From: an uncultured SAR86 cluster bacterium
GTDB lineage: Bacteria; Pseudomonadota; Gammaproteobacteria; Magnimaribacterales; D2472
DNA length: 64,000 nucleotides
Reading direction: 5' to 3'
Assembly: GCA_902622845.1 (NCBI GenBank)
Contig: CACNRI010000001.1
Location: 364,678 to 428,677, forward strand
The position numbers were made by a program, and so were the translations under genes. Under the pieces are notes generated by a model. The model did no database searches, was not told the DNA's origin, and saw only the letters and a list, made by a program, of their open reading frames with translations. Each line of letters starts with the position of its first letter. Position 1 is the first letter of the stretch. Shown one piece after another: positions 21,522-32,000 of this stretch.

Positions 21522-22175
21522 CTATGGTTTTTTGTGGATAAAAGTTTTTTTTCTTTTAGGTGATGTTTGTTTACAAATTTTACACTCCAGTCCAAAGCAT
21601 TCTCTAGCTTGGCAATATTCTCTTCCCCAAAAAATAAATTGCAAATGTAAATCATTCCAGTCTTCAGGTGGGAATACTTTCTTTAAATCTTTTTCTGTTT
21701 GCACTACATTCTTTCCCGAAGTAAGTCCCCATCTTTGAGCTAACCTATGAACATGAGTGTCTACAGGAAAAGCGGGTTCACCAAAAGCCTGACTCATCAA
21801 AACAGATGCAGTTTTGTGGCCAACTCCTGGTAATTTTTCTAACTCATGAAAGCTTTCAGGAACTTTGCTGTTATGTTCTTTAACTAATATTTTTGACAAC
21901 TGTTTTATAGCTTTTGATTTTTTAGGACCCAGACCACAAGACTTAATAATAGAATATATTTTCTTTTCAGATAGTTTTGACATCTCGAGAGGGCTTTTTG
22001 CTAACTTAAATAACTTGGGAGTTACCTGGTTTACTCTTTCATCAGTGCACTGGGCTGATAGTAAAACGGCTATCAAAAAAGAAAAATTATTGAAATGATT
22101 GAGTGGTATAGGTGGATTAGGATATTTTTTACCTAAAATCTTTTTAACTATTAATGCTCTCTCTTTTCTTGTCAT
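21522..22175 (-). CDS. nth: endonuclease III family DNA glycosylase/AP lyase
   Basis: 217-aa ORF with an HhH-GPD domain (LLSAQCTDERVN, LPGVGHKTASV with the catalytic Lys, VDTHVHR with the Asp). The C-terminal four-Cys cluster has atypical spacing. Confidence 0.82.
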   Translation of the reverse strand: MTRKERALIVKKILGKKYPNPPIPLNHFNNFSFLIAVLLSAQCTDERVNQVTPKLFKLAKSPLEMSKLSEKKIYSIIKSCGLGPKKSKAIKQLSKILVKEHNSKVPESFHELEKLPGVGHKTASVLMSQAFGEPAFPVDTHVHRLAQRWGLTSGKNVVQTEKDLKKVFPPEDWNDLHLQFIFWGREYCQARECFGLECKICKQTSPKRKKTFIHKKP

Positions 22176-22201
22176 ATAATAAATATTTAAATCAATTCTA
22201 A

Positions 22202-22507
22202 ATGATCAAGTATAGGAAATATCTACTTAAGCTTAAAGATGCTTTTTTAGAAGAAAATGTACAAAACACAAAGATGTTAGATTTATATCTGAAATATCTT
22301 GAGGGCGAGGCTTCGGAGCAAGATCTAGAAAATGCTAACAAACAGCTTGCAGAGATACTTAAAAGCTTAGGTATGGGCGTACTTGTGGTTTTACCTTTTA
22401 GCCCCGTTAGCATTCCTTATCTTGTTAAAAAAGCCAAAGAAAATAATATCGATATAATTCCCAAATGGTATAAAGCTTTAAGAGAACAGGATGATAGATT
22501 AGAATAA
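22202..22507 (+). CDS. hypothetical small protein, LETM1-RBD-like
   Basis: 101-aa ORF divergent from nth. The segment LGMGVLVVLPFSPVSIPYLVKKAKENNIDIIPKWYK resembles the LETM1 core ([32 protein letters not shown]). The similarity is judged by eye only. Confidence 0.45.
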   Translation: MIKYRKYLLKLKDAFLEENVQNTKMLDLYLKYLEGEASEQDLENANKQLAEILKSLGMGVLVVLPFSPVSIPYLVKKAKENNIDIIPKWYKALREQDDRLE

Positions 22508-22530
22508 TAGAGTAAATTTTGGAGTAAATT

Positions 22531-23724
22531 ATGAAAACAGCTGTAATTGTAGATAGTGTTAGAACTGGACTAGCCAAGTCATTTAGAGGCGGATTTAATA
22601 TGACAAGGCCCGATGAAATGTTGGCACATATCATAAACGCAACATTGGAGAGAAATCCCAATTTACCTCCAGAGGCTGTCGAAGATATCATAATGGGGTG
22701 CGGAAATCCTGAGGGGGCTCAGGGGCATAATGTTGGTAGAAATGCTGCAGTTCTCTCTAATCTGCCCATAACAACTGGAGGAACAACAATAAATAGGTAT
22801 TGTTCTTCTGGAATGCAGTCAATATCTATGGCGGCATCTCAAATTATGGCTGGTTGTTATGACACTGTTATTGCTGGAGGAGCAGAAACAATTTCTATGA
22901 TGCAAGGTAAGCAAAATATGGATAATTTTGTTAATGAAAGACTTGCTGAAAAGTCTCCAGGAATATACTACCCAATGGGAATGACAGCTGAAGTGGTTGC
23001 AAAAAGATATAACGTATCTAGGGAGGCTCAAGACGAGTATGCTTTTGAAAGTCAAATGAGAACAGCAGCAGCTCAGCAAGCTGGAGCATACGATGATGAA
23101 ATTATTCCAATGGAAACAAAAATGCTTCTTATGAATAAAGAAACTGGCGACTCAAAAGAAATTGATTATTGTGTAGAAAAAGATGAGTGCAATAGACCAG
23201 AGACAACTCTTGATGGATTGGCTTCTTTAAAACCAGTATTTGATCCAGAAAATGGATCAGTTACTGCTGGAAATTCTTCTCAACTATCTGATGGCGCGTC
23301 TGTAACCTTGGTCATGTCAGAAGATAAAGCTCTTGAGCTTGGTCTTAAGCCATTAGCATATTTTAGAGGGTTTACAACCATGGGATGTGAGCCAGATGAA
23401 ATGGGTATAGGTCCTGTTTTTTCTGTTCCAAAACTTTTAAATAACTACAATCTTTCAATGGATGATATAGATATTTGGGAGCTTAATGAGGCCTTTGCAG
23501 TGCAGGTAGTGTATTGCAGAGATAAGCTAGGTATTCCAATGGAAAAACTTAATCTGGATGGAGGATCTATATCTATAGGCCATCCATTCGGTATGACCGG
23601 CTCAAGACAAGTAGGGCATATAGTTAGACAGCTTCATTCTCATGATAAGCAATTTGGTGTTGTAACTATGTGTATTGGCGGCGGTATGGGAGCAAGTGGA
23701 TTGTTTGAAAGATATCCTTCTTGA
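22531..23724 (+). CDS. acetyl-CoA C-acyltransferase (thiolase)
   Basis: 397-aa ORF with a GGAG Shine-Dalgarno 8 nt upstream. It has the thiolase active-site regions (NRYCSSGMQSI, NEAFA, GGSISIGHPFG, CIGGGMG). Confidence 0.9.
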   Translation: MKTAVIVDSVRTGLAKSFRGGFNMTRPDEMLAHIINATLERNPNLPPEAVEDIIMGCGNPEGAQGHNVGRNAAVLSNLPITTGGTTINRYCSSGMQSISMAASQIMAGCYDTVIAGGAETISMMQGKQNMDNFVNERLAEKSPGIYYPMGMTAEVVAKRYNVSREAQDEYAFESQMRTAAAQQAGAYDDEIIPMETKMLLMNKETGDSKEIDYCVEKDECNRPETTLDGLASLKPVFDPENGSVTAGNSSQLSDGASVTLVMSEDKALELGLKPLAYFRGFTTMGCEPDEMGIGPVFSVPKLLNNYNLSMDDIDIWELNEAFAVQVVYCRDKLGIPMEKLNLDGGSISIGHPFGMTGSRQVGHIVRQLHSHDKQFGVVTMCIGGGMGASGLFERYPS

Positions 23725-24614
23725 TATCTGAATCTGACATTCTTAAATGCTTTCAACACCTAGTTGACAGCTCTTATCACAAGGACTCTATTCTTTTAGG
23801 TTCAGGAGATGATGCTGCTGTTATAGATACAAAAGGCAGAAAGCTAGTGCACTCGGTTGATATTTCAAGAATTGGAGTCCACTTCCATGAAAGCATGAGA
23901 CCCGAAGATATCGCTTATAGATCTATTACTACAGCTCTAAGTGATTTGGCAGGAATGGGCTCTTTTCCATCCTTTATTTCTATCGCTCTAACCAGCGACA
24001 TTGAAGAAATCTCTTGGTACGAAAAATTCTCTGGGGGTATCAAGGAAACTTTGGATGAATTTAGTGTTGATCTCGTTGGTGGCGATGTAACCAAGGGAGA
24101 ATTAAATATTTCAGTAAATGTTTTTGGATACCCATTTAAAAAACCAATACCAAGAAATGGTGCAAATCTTGGAGACTCTATCTTTGTAACAGGTCAATTA
24201 GGAAAAGCAAAACAAGGTCTCAACGACTGGCTCAACAAAAAAGATTCAATATATTGCAAGGACTTTCTTAGACCAAAGCCACAATTCCAAAAAGCGAAAG
24301 ATATTTCAGATTTTGCAACTTCATGTATTGATATATCGGATGGGCTCATAAAAGATTTAGGTGATATCTGCAAACAGTCAAATGTAGGTGCTGAATTATG
24401 TTATGAAGATATTCCCATCCTCAATGATCATAAAGACTTAACTCACGGAGATGATTATGAGCTATGTTTTACAGCGCCAAGCCATCTTGATGACCATATA
24501 AAAAGCCAAGGATTCTTTCTTATTGGGAAAATAATTCAAAAGTTAGGTCTTTTAGTTAAAAAGGATGGTTCTGAAATAACATTTGAAAAAAATGGATGGG
24601 ATCCATTTGAATAA
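23721..24614 (+). CDS. thiL: thiamine-monophosphate kinase
   Basis: 297-aa ORF with a TTG start overlapping the thiolase stop by 4 nt. It shows the AIR-synthase-like ThiL pattern (GDDAAV, ALSDLAGMG, VGGDV, DISDGL). Confidence 0.85.
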   Translation: MISESDILKCFQHLVDSSYHKDSILLGSGDDAAVIDTKGRKLVHSVDISRIGVHFHESMRPEDIAYRSITTALSDLAGMGSFPSFISIALTSDIEEISWYEKFSGGIKETLDEFSVDLVGGDVTKGELNISVNVFGYPFKKPIPRNGANLGDSIFVTGQLGKAKQGLNDWLNKKDSIYCKDFLRPKPQFQKAKDISDFATSCIDISDGLIKDLGDICKQSNVGAELCYEDIPILNDHKDLTHGDDYELCFTAPSHLDDHIKSQGFFLIGKIIQKLGLLVKKDGSEITFEKNGWDPFE

Positions 24615-25662
24615 TAAAGTTGGTATTGTGGGTGGTGGAATAACAGGACTAATCTCCGCATATTTTTTATCTCTTGAGGGATACGAAGTTGATCTGTATG
24701 AAAAGAAAACACTCTTGAGTGAGACAAGCTCAAAGACAACTAAGCTAATTCATGGCGGAATAAGATACTTAGAAAATTTGCAATTTTATGAGGTAAAAAA
24801 TGGAATTAATGATAGAAAATGGTGGCTTGAAAATTTTCCTAATCAAACAAAACTTCAGGAAATTATAATTCTCTCAAAAAAAAGATTATCTTTTGAAATT
24901 CTTAAGTTTTTCGTTGGCATAAAAGTCTATGAGACATTCGCTGGTCGATCAAATATTAAAACTGGCAGATTTTATAAACAAGATGATCTCTTATCTTTTG
25001 GTATAAAAAATAATATTACAGCGGGTATATCTTTCTATGATGGATTGATGCAGGAAAGTGTGGGCCAAGAAATTATAAAAAGATGTAAAAGTAATGGAGT
25101 AAATTTCTATGAGAATAATGAAATCAAGAGTATAAGATCGGAAGGATATATTGAAGATAAACAATATAAAAAAATAATCATTGCAACCGGACCTTGGGTC
25201 TCTTCATTTCTCAAGCAAAATAAAATTCATACAAACAAAACTATTGATTACATAAAAGGTAGTCATCTGGTAATTAATAGGAAAATTAAAAATGGTCTTA
25301 TGTTCAGGGATCAAAAAAAACAGAGATATATATTTGCTCTTCCATACGAAGGCAATTTACTTCTTGGAACAACTGAACAAAGAGTTAGTTCACCTGAAGA
25401 TAAAGAGATATTAGATTCAGAAGTTAATTACCTTCTAGAAAGTATTAATATTTATATTGATAGACCAATTAACAAAGATGAAATAATTGGAAGTTATGCA
25501 GGAGTTAGACCACTAATTAAATCAAAAGATAAAGATTTTCATTCGTCATCAAGAGATTTTTATATACAAAAAGATAAAAATTTATTGAGTCTTTTTGGAG
25601 GGAAGTGGACAACAGCACCTTCAATAGCAAGAAATATTGTTAGAATTGTTAATAATGAATAA
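24583..25662 (+). CDS. FAD-dependent oxidoreductase, GlpD (glycerol-3-phosphate dehydrogenase)-like N-terminal type
   Basis: 359-aa ORF with the dinucleotide fold VGIVGGGITGL and the GlpD hallmark TSSKTTKLIHGGIRYLE. It is short relative to about 500-aa GlpD. The start is uncertain: ATG 24583/24592 or TTG 24607, all overlapping the thiL end. Confidence 0.72.
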   Translation: MKKMDGIHLNNKVGIVGGGITGLISAYFLSLEGYEVDLYEKKTLLSETSSKTTKLIHGGIRYLENLQFYEVKNGINDRKWWLENFPNQTKLQEIIILSKKRLSFEILKFFVGIKVYETFAGRSNIKTGRFYKQDDLLSFGIKNNITAGISFYDGLMQESVGQEIIKRCKSNGVNFYENNEIKSIRSEGYIEDKQYKKIIIATGPWVSSFLKQNKIHTNKTIDYIKGSHLVINRKIKNGLMFRDQKKQRYIFALPYEGNLLLGTTEQRVSSPEDKEILDSEVNYLLESINIYIDRPINKDEIIGSYAGVRPLIKSKDKDFHSSSRDFYIQKDKNLLSLFGGKWTTAPSIARNIVRIVNNE

Positions 25663-26140
25663 TAAAAAAACATTAAAAAATCCATTTTTTTTCGTTGCTT
25701 CATTGGGTGGTGTTGGATTAATAAAATTTGCACCTGGAACATTTGGCTCCATTTTTGCATGGTTCTTATTTATTTTTTTATCTCACTACATAAATATGAT
25801 CTTGCTGACCTCTTTGGTACTCTTATTAGCTATTTGGGTTTGTGAATATATTTCAAAAGATCTTGAAGTAAAAGATGACAAGTCAATAGTTATTGATGAG
25901 CTTGTAGGAATGTGGATTGCACTAATGCCTGCTATTTATTTTGCTGACACACAATCCGAAAGAACGATAATCGCAATTCTGGCTTTACTTCTATTTAGAT
26001 TCTTTGATATTTTGAAGCCATTCCCGATAAATTATTTTGATCAAAGATTTAAGAATGGTTTTGGGATAGTGATAGATGATGTGGTTGCAGGAATAATTAC
26101 TCTACTAATTTTAATTCCTTTATCTCTTTTATTATTCTAG
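25655..26140 (+). CDS. pgpA: phosphatidylglycerophosphatase A
   Basis: PgpA pattern (GGVGLIKFAPGTFGS, DELVGMW, FDILKPFP, DDVVAG). I prefer ATG 25655 (MNNKK), an 8-nt overlap with the upstream stop. The ORF track start at 25637 is the alternative. Confidence 0.85.
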   Translation: MNNKKTLKNPFFFVASLGGVGLIKFAPGTFGSIFAWFLFIFLSHYINMILLTSLVLLLAIWVCEYISKDLEVKDDKSIVIDELVGMWIALMPAIYFADTQSERTIIAILALLLFRFFDILKPFPINYFDQRFKNGFGIVIDDVVAGIITLLILIPLSLLLF

Positions 26141-27974
26141 AAGCTTTTAAGCCGCATTCTTCTATCATTTCTTCTCTGGATTGATGCCCAATGAAAATAT
26201 CAGGTATGCCGAAAAGTTTAGACTTAACATTGATGTTATTGTCTGAACAAAACTCTTGAACCGCACTTCCTGCACCACCAGCTACTGATCCATCCTCAAT
26301 TGAAACAAATGCTTGTGCTTCAGATAGATATTTTCTAAGAATATCTTCATCTAGAGGTTTCACAAAACGCATATCGATTAGAGTAAGGCCTAGAGTGCTT
26401 GCAACTTCTTTTGCTTGATCAAGTAAAGCTCCAAAATTGATGACAATTAAATCTTTTGATCCCTGTTTAATCAATCTTCCTTTGCCTATTTCAACTGGTG
26501 AAAGATCATTTTCAACAACAACATTAGGACCAGATCCTCTTGGATATCTTATTGATGCAGGGCCATTATGAAAAAAACCAGTTGTTAAAAGCTTTCTAGT
26601 TTCATTTTCATCTGATGGGGTCATCACGATCATATTGGGGATGCACCTTAAGTAAACCAAATCATAATTTCCCGAATGAGTAGGACCATCCTCACCAACT
26701 AGCCCAGCTCTATCAATAGCAAAAGTAACATCTAAGTTTTGAAGTGCTACATCATGAATGAGTTGATCATAGGCTCTTTGAAGGAATGTAGAATAAATTG
26801 CTACCACAGGCTTCTTATTTTCACAGGCTAATCCAGCAGATAAAGTAACAGCATGCTGTTCAGCTATTGCAACATCAAAATACCTTTCTGGAAACTCTTT
26901 ACTAAATTCAACTAATCCTGACCCTTCCCTCATAGCTGGTGTTATTGCAACAAGATCATTGTCTTCTCTAGCCATATCTACTATCCAGTTGCTAAATATA
27001 TCTTGATATTTTGGTTTAGTTTTCCCTATATTTTTTGAAGTATTAGTTTTAGATATTGCATGATATTTAATTCTGTCTTCTTCAGCTAAATCATATCCAG
27101 CACCTTTTTTTGTAATTATGTGAAGGAACTGTGGCCCCTCGAAGTTCTTTAGATTTCCAATTACTTTCAAAAGTTGATCAATATCGTGCCCATCAATTGG
27201 CCCAATATAATTTAGTCCAAGCTCCTCAAAAATAGCTCCTGGCGCTACCATTGTTTTCATATGAGTTTCAACAGTGCGGGCTAGATGATGAGCAGCAGGG
27301 ATGTTCTTTAAAAACTTTTTACCATTACTTTTAATCCCTTTATATAATTTGGAAGCCCATATTCTAGAGAAGTAATTATTTAGGCCTCCAACATTCTCAG
27401 AGATTGACATGTCATTATCATTTAGAATTATCAGCATGTCTGGCTTTATGCCCCCAGCATGTTGCATTGCTTCGAAAGCCATTCCCGCTGTCATAGCCCC
27501 ATCTCCAATAACAGCTACTGTTTTTTTCTCTCCCTCATTTAATTTGTTAGCAATAGCCATACCAACTGCTGAACTTATTGACGTACTAGAATGCCCAGCA
27601 CCAAAAACATCAAAATCACTTTCATTTCTTGATGGAAAGGGAGCTAAGCCATCTTTTGATCTTATTGAGCTAATTTGACTCTTACGACCAGTCAATATCT
27701 TATGAGGATAAGCTTGGTGACCAACATCCCAGACAATATTGTCTGATGGAGAATTATAAAGGTAATGTAAAACAACTGTTAACTCAATAACACCAAGACC
27801 TGCTCCAAGATGTCCACCACTTTTACCAACTGAGTAGAGCAAAAACTCTCTCAACTCATCAGCTAAAATCTTTAGATCAGGAGGCGAAAGCTCTTTAAGA
27901 TCTCTAGGATAATTAATTTTATCTAGTAGCTCAGTTGAAGGAACTTCATTAGGGATTTCACTAAATATTTTCAT
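26097..27974 (-). CDS. dxs: 1-deoxy-D-xylulose-5-phosphate synthase
   Basis: 625-aa ORF with TPP-binding motifs (GHSSTSISSAVGMA, GDGAMTAGMAFEA). It lies in the conserved xseB-ispA-dxs operon. Confidence 0.95.
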   Translation of the reverse strand: MKIFSEIPNEVPSTELLDKINYPRDLKELSPPDLKILADELREFLLYSVGKSGGHLGAGLGVIELTVVLHYLYNSPSDNIVWDVGHQAYPHKILTGRKSQISSIRSKDGLAPFPSRNESDFDVFGAGHSSTSISSAVGMAIANKLNEGEKKTVAVIGDGAMTAGMAFEAMQHAGGIKPDMLIILNDNDMSISENVGGLNNYFSRIWASKLYKGIKSNGKKFLKNIPAAHHLARTVETHMKTMVAPGAIFEELGLNYIGPIDGHDIDQLLKVIGNLKNFEGPQFLHIITKKGAGYDLAEEDRIKYHAISKTNTSKNIGKTKPKYQDIFSNWIVDMAREDNDLVAITPAMREGSGLVEFSKEFPERYFDVAIAEQHAVTLSAGLACENKKPVVAIYSTFLQRAYDQLIHDVALQNLDVTFAIDRAGLVGEDGPTHSGNYDLVYLRCIPNMIVMTPSDENETRKLLTTGFFHNGPASIRYPRGSGPNVVVENDLSPVEIGKGRLIKQGSKDLIVINFGALLDQAKEVASTLGLTLIDMRFVKPLDEDILRKYLSEAQAFVSIEDGSVAGGAGSAVQEFCSDNNINVKSKLFGIPDIFIGHQSREEMIEECGLKASRIIKEIKELKLVE

Positions 27975-28849
27975 TACATTTTCCGCTGGTAAATATAGTC
28001 TACTATTTTAAAAATATCTTTATCATTTTCTTTATCAAAGATTCTTGCAGCAATCTCTAGTGATTCAGCATGATTCTCATTGATTATTTTTAGACATTCT
28101 TCTTTATTTAGGACGCTAAGAATATTAATTTTTTTATTCTTTAAATCCGATCCCGTTGGCTTACCAATTTCATTTTGATTTCCAAATTCATCCAAGTAAT
28201 CATCAACTATTTGAAATCCAACTCCAATAGATTTTCCAAGTTTATAAATTAGGTCTTTATTTTCATAGAATCTTTCATATCCAAGAAAACCTAAAACTAA
28301 TGATGTCTCTATTAACTTTCCCGTTTTTAAATAATGCATTTTCTTAATAAATTCTTCATCTGCTTGCATTGATTCAGCAGTTATATCGAGTTCTTGACCA
28401 AGCACCATTCCCTTATGACCACATGCATCGGTTAAAAGAGAAATAGCAGAGACTTTTAAATCGCTATCAAGGTCATCATCATTTGTTATTACTTCAAAAG
28501 CCAATGTTTGCAATGCATCTCCTGACAATATGGCTATAGCTTCGCCATACTTAATATGATTAGAATCTTTACCCCTTCTTATATTGTCGTTATCCATTGA
28601 CGGCAAATCATCATGAATTAATGAGTAGCTATGAAGTAATTCAATACTTGTAGCTAGATTGATAGCAGATGATCTAGTTAGGCAGGTATTTTTTTTACTT
28701 GCTGTGATTAGAAGGGCAGATCTAATCATTTTACTTTCAGCTGTTGAGGTATATAACATTGAATCTGAAACTTTTGATTCAGCATTTATAAGGCTGTTTA
28801 TTCTTTTTAAGACTAGTGACCTAGCCTCTGTAAGGATTTCAGGAAACAT
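27974..28849 (-). CDS. ispA: farnesyl diphosphate synthase
   Basis: 291-aa ORF with first and second Asp-rich motifs (IHDDLPSMDNDNIRRG, FQIVDDYLD). It shares 1 nt with dxs. Confidence 0.9.
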   Translation of the reverse strand: MFPEILTEARSLVLKRINSLINAESKVSDSMLYTSTAESKMIRSALLITASKKNTCLTRSSAINLATSIELLHSYSLIHDDLPSMDNDNIRRGKDSNHIKYGEAIAILSGDALQTLAFEVITNDDDLDSDLKVSAISLLTDACGHKGMVLGQELDITAESMQADEEFIKKMHYLKTGKLIETSLVLGFLGYERFYENKDLIYKLGKSIGVGFQIVDDYLDEFGNQNEIGKPTGSDLKNKKINILSVLNKEECLKIINENHAESLEIAARIFDKENDKDIFKIVDYIYQRKM

Positions 28850-28857
28850 AATTTAAA

Positions 28858-29073
28858 TTAATCTTCTAAAAGTTCAGAATCACCACTGTCTAAGAGCTTC
28901 TCAACTTTTAACTCTGCTTCAGATAATTGCTTTTGACACTCCTTAACAAGCATGACACCTTCTTCAAAGGATTTTATTGAATCATCGAGGTCAATGTTAC
29001 CTTCCTCAAGCTTGGCAACAATCTTTTCAAGCTTCTTCAGCGAGGACTCGAAGTTATTCTTTGAATTACTCAT
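28858..29073 (-). CDS. xseB: exodeoxyribonuclease VII small subunit
   Basis: 71-aa ORF with the XseB pattern (FESSLKKLEKIVAKLEEGNIDLDDSIKSFEEG). It is upstream of ispA. Confidence 0.88.
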   Translation of the reverse strand: MSNSKNNFESSLKKLEKIVAKLEEGNIDLDDSIKSFEEGVMLVKECQKQLSEAELKVEKLLDSGDSELLED

Positions 29074-29095
29074 ACCATATTGTAACTAAAAATTA

Positions 29096-32000
29096 TTATT
29101 GTGGGTTAATTTGAAGCTGCTCCCTTTTTTCTAAAAATTTTTTTATCTTTGGAGGTATTGCTAATGCTGCAGGAGTGAAAATTAAAGTAAGTAAAGTGCT
29201 AAAACCCAGACCAAAAACAATTGATTGAGCAAGATTCGACCACCAGTCAACAACTCTACTCCCAACTGAAATATCTCTTCCAATAATATCTACACTTAAA
29301 CCAAGAGCTAGTGGAAGAAGTCCGAGTATTGTTGTAGTAGTAGTTAGAAGTATAGGTCTTAATCTTTGCATGCATGTTATTTTAATTATCTTGGTGATTT
29401 CTTCATGGGGCATATCACTTTTGAGTCTGTTAAATGTATCAATTAAGACTATATTATTATTAACTACAATCCCTGCTAGTGTAACTATTGAAATCCCTGT
29501 CATAGTCGAGCTGAAAGGTTTATTAGTAATTAAAAGTCCTAGCAGTACACCAACAAAAGACATAACCACAGAAGACATTATTAAGAGAGATTGATAGAAG
29601 CTATTAAATTGAGTAAGCAGCATCAAAAGCATAACAAAAATAGCTGTGCCGCCAGCAACTACTAAAAATTCATTTACTTCTTCGGTTTCTTCAGTTTGAC
29701 CCTGAAATCCATATTTAATATTTCCATCGGAATACTGATTTGATAGCCAGTTTTCTAATTCTTTGACTTTATCGCTTACCAAGACTCCTGGAACATTTGA
29801 TGCGTATATTTCATGATAAAAGTAACCATTTCTTCTTGAGACATTCTCTTTATATTGTTGGGGTACAAGAGAAATAAAGCTGCTAACAGGCACTAATCCA
29901 TTTGAGGTTTGGACCTTAAGATTATTTATGCCAGTTATGGTTCTATCCTCAGGCTGAAATCTTGCCCTTATCTCAATTGCATCTTTTGAATCATCGGGAG
30001 TAAATTCACCAACCTTAAAGCCAGAAGTTAGCATTTGAACTAATGCGCCAACATTAAATACGCTTACACCAAGTTGAGCCGCTTTTTGATTATCTACTTC
30101 TACACTCCATTCAACAGCAGGATAGGCCCTGGAAGAAAAAATATTTGTTAAGCCATTTACTTCATAGCGCATATAATTTTCAATTTCTGTTGCCGCGACG
30201 GTTACAGTGTCCTCTGAATCTCCATATATTCCTAACATAATTGGCGCTCCAAACTGTGGACCACCCATATCCGGTTCTGCTTCTACAACCACTCCTGGAA
30301 TATCACGAGTTACTTTTGAAATTAGTCCAATTGCTTCAAGGCCAGTGATTGTTCGCTCTGATGGAGGCACAACCTCAACAAACCCACTTCCAATTTTGTC
30401 ACTTCCTGAATCAAACCAATCTGAACCTGCTTTTAGATAAATATTTTTTAGCTCATCAATTTCTAATAGTCTTTCTTCAATAGATTCAATTATTTCTTTT
30501 TTTTCAAGCGCAGAAAAATTACCTCTTCCTCTAATGGATATTTTTGCTTCTAGAGGATCAATGGTAGCAAAGTACTCAGTTCCCTTCCCATAAAAGTTAT
30601 ATGTAGTAATGATTACAGCCACTATTGAAATGCATGCAATCATTGTTTCAACAGGATTCTTAATAAAGAATTTTATTTTTTTTGAGTAAAATTCAGAAAT
30701 ATTATCAAATATAAATTGACCTGTTTTATCAACAGAGTCTTTTGAACTAAGAACAGATTTATGTTGACCAAAATAAGTTCCAATAACTGGAGTAACAATC
30801 ATTGCATAAAAGAATGAGGCAACTAAAACAAAAAATACAGTCATTGGAAGATATTTCATAAACTGACCCGTATAACCTGGCCAAAATATTAAAGGTATGA
30901 ACGCAGCCAATGTTGTACCAGTTGAAGCCAATATTGGATAAAACATTCTTTTTGATCCAAGCCTGTAAGCCTCAAATCTTGTGAGACCCTCACTAATTTT
31001 TCTGTCAGCATATTCAGTTACAACAATTGAGCCATCAATAAGCATACCCATAGATAGCAGGAGGCCAAACATTACAAGGAAATTTAATTCATAACCAAAA
31101 CTTATTAGAACTATAAATGTAAATAAAAAGCAAAATGGAATAGAAAGACCTACGAGCAATCCAACTCTTAGGCCCATTGATGCAACGACGACGACCATTA
31201 TTAAAAGAATTGCTCCAAGAATATTCCCCTCGAGCTCAGAAACCATTTGCTCGGTAATTACTGTTTCATCATCAGTTATTAAGACATCAAGGTTTGGAGG
31301 AAGCTTTTGCTTAAGATCATTCAATACAAGTGTTATAGAGTCTTTAGTATCTAAAGCATTCGCACCATCTCTTAAAAATATATCCAATGCAACAGTATCT
31401 TTTCCATTGATGCGAGCATATTCATTAAAATCTTTAAACGTTCGCTTTACTGTAGCAATGTCGCCAAATGTAACCACAGCATCTTTTGTAACTTTCACAG
31501 GAATGCTATATACATCGCTTGGAGTCTCTAAAACACTTGGAACCTCAACATTAAAACTCCCAAGACCAGTATCCTGCCTGCCACCAGGAATTACAATATT
31601 GTTGTTATTGATAGAGTTATAAAGATCATCCAGAGTAACTCCATAGGCTTCCATTTTGGACTTATCTATTACTCCCTCAAGGACTTCATCTGGTGCTGCA
31701 ACTAGATTTGCTTCATATATTCCATCAATGGATTCAAGCATATCTTTCATTTCTTCAGCAAAATAAATTTTTTGCCTTAATGAGCCCTCTCCTTGGAGAC
31801 TGATTGTCATTGCTGGGAAACTTCTTTCCGAATATTCTTGAATTTGAGGATCCTCTGCTCCCAAAGGTAGTTCTGATTTTACTTCTTCAATTGATTGCTG
31901 AATATCTATCAGCGCATCATTCATATCATGAGCTATTTCAAACTCAACAATCATCCTCGTTATTCCGAGAGTGCTATATGAACTAATATTCTTGACGCCC

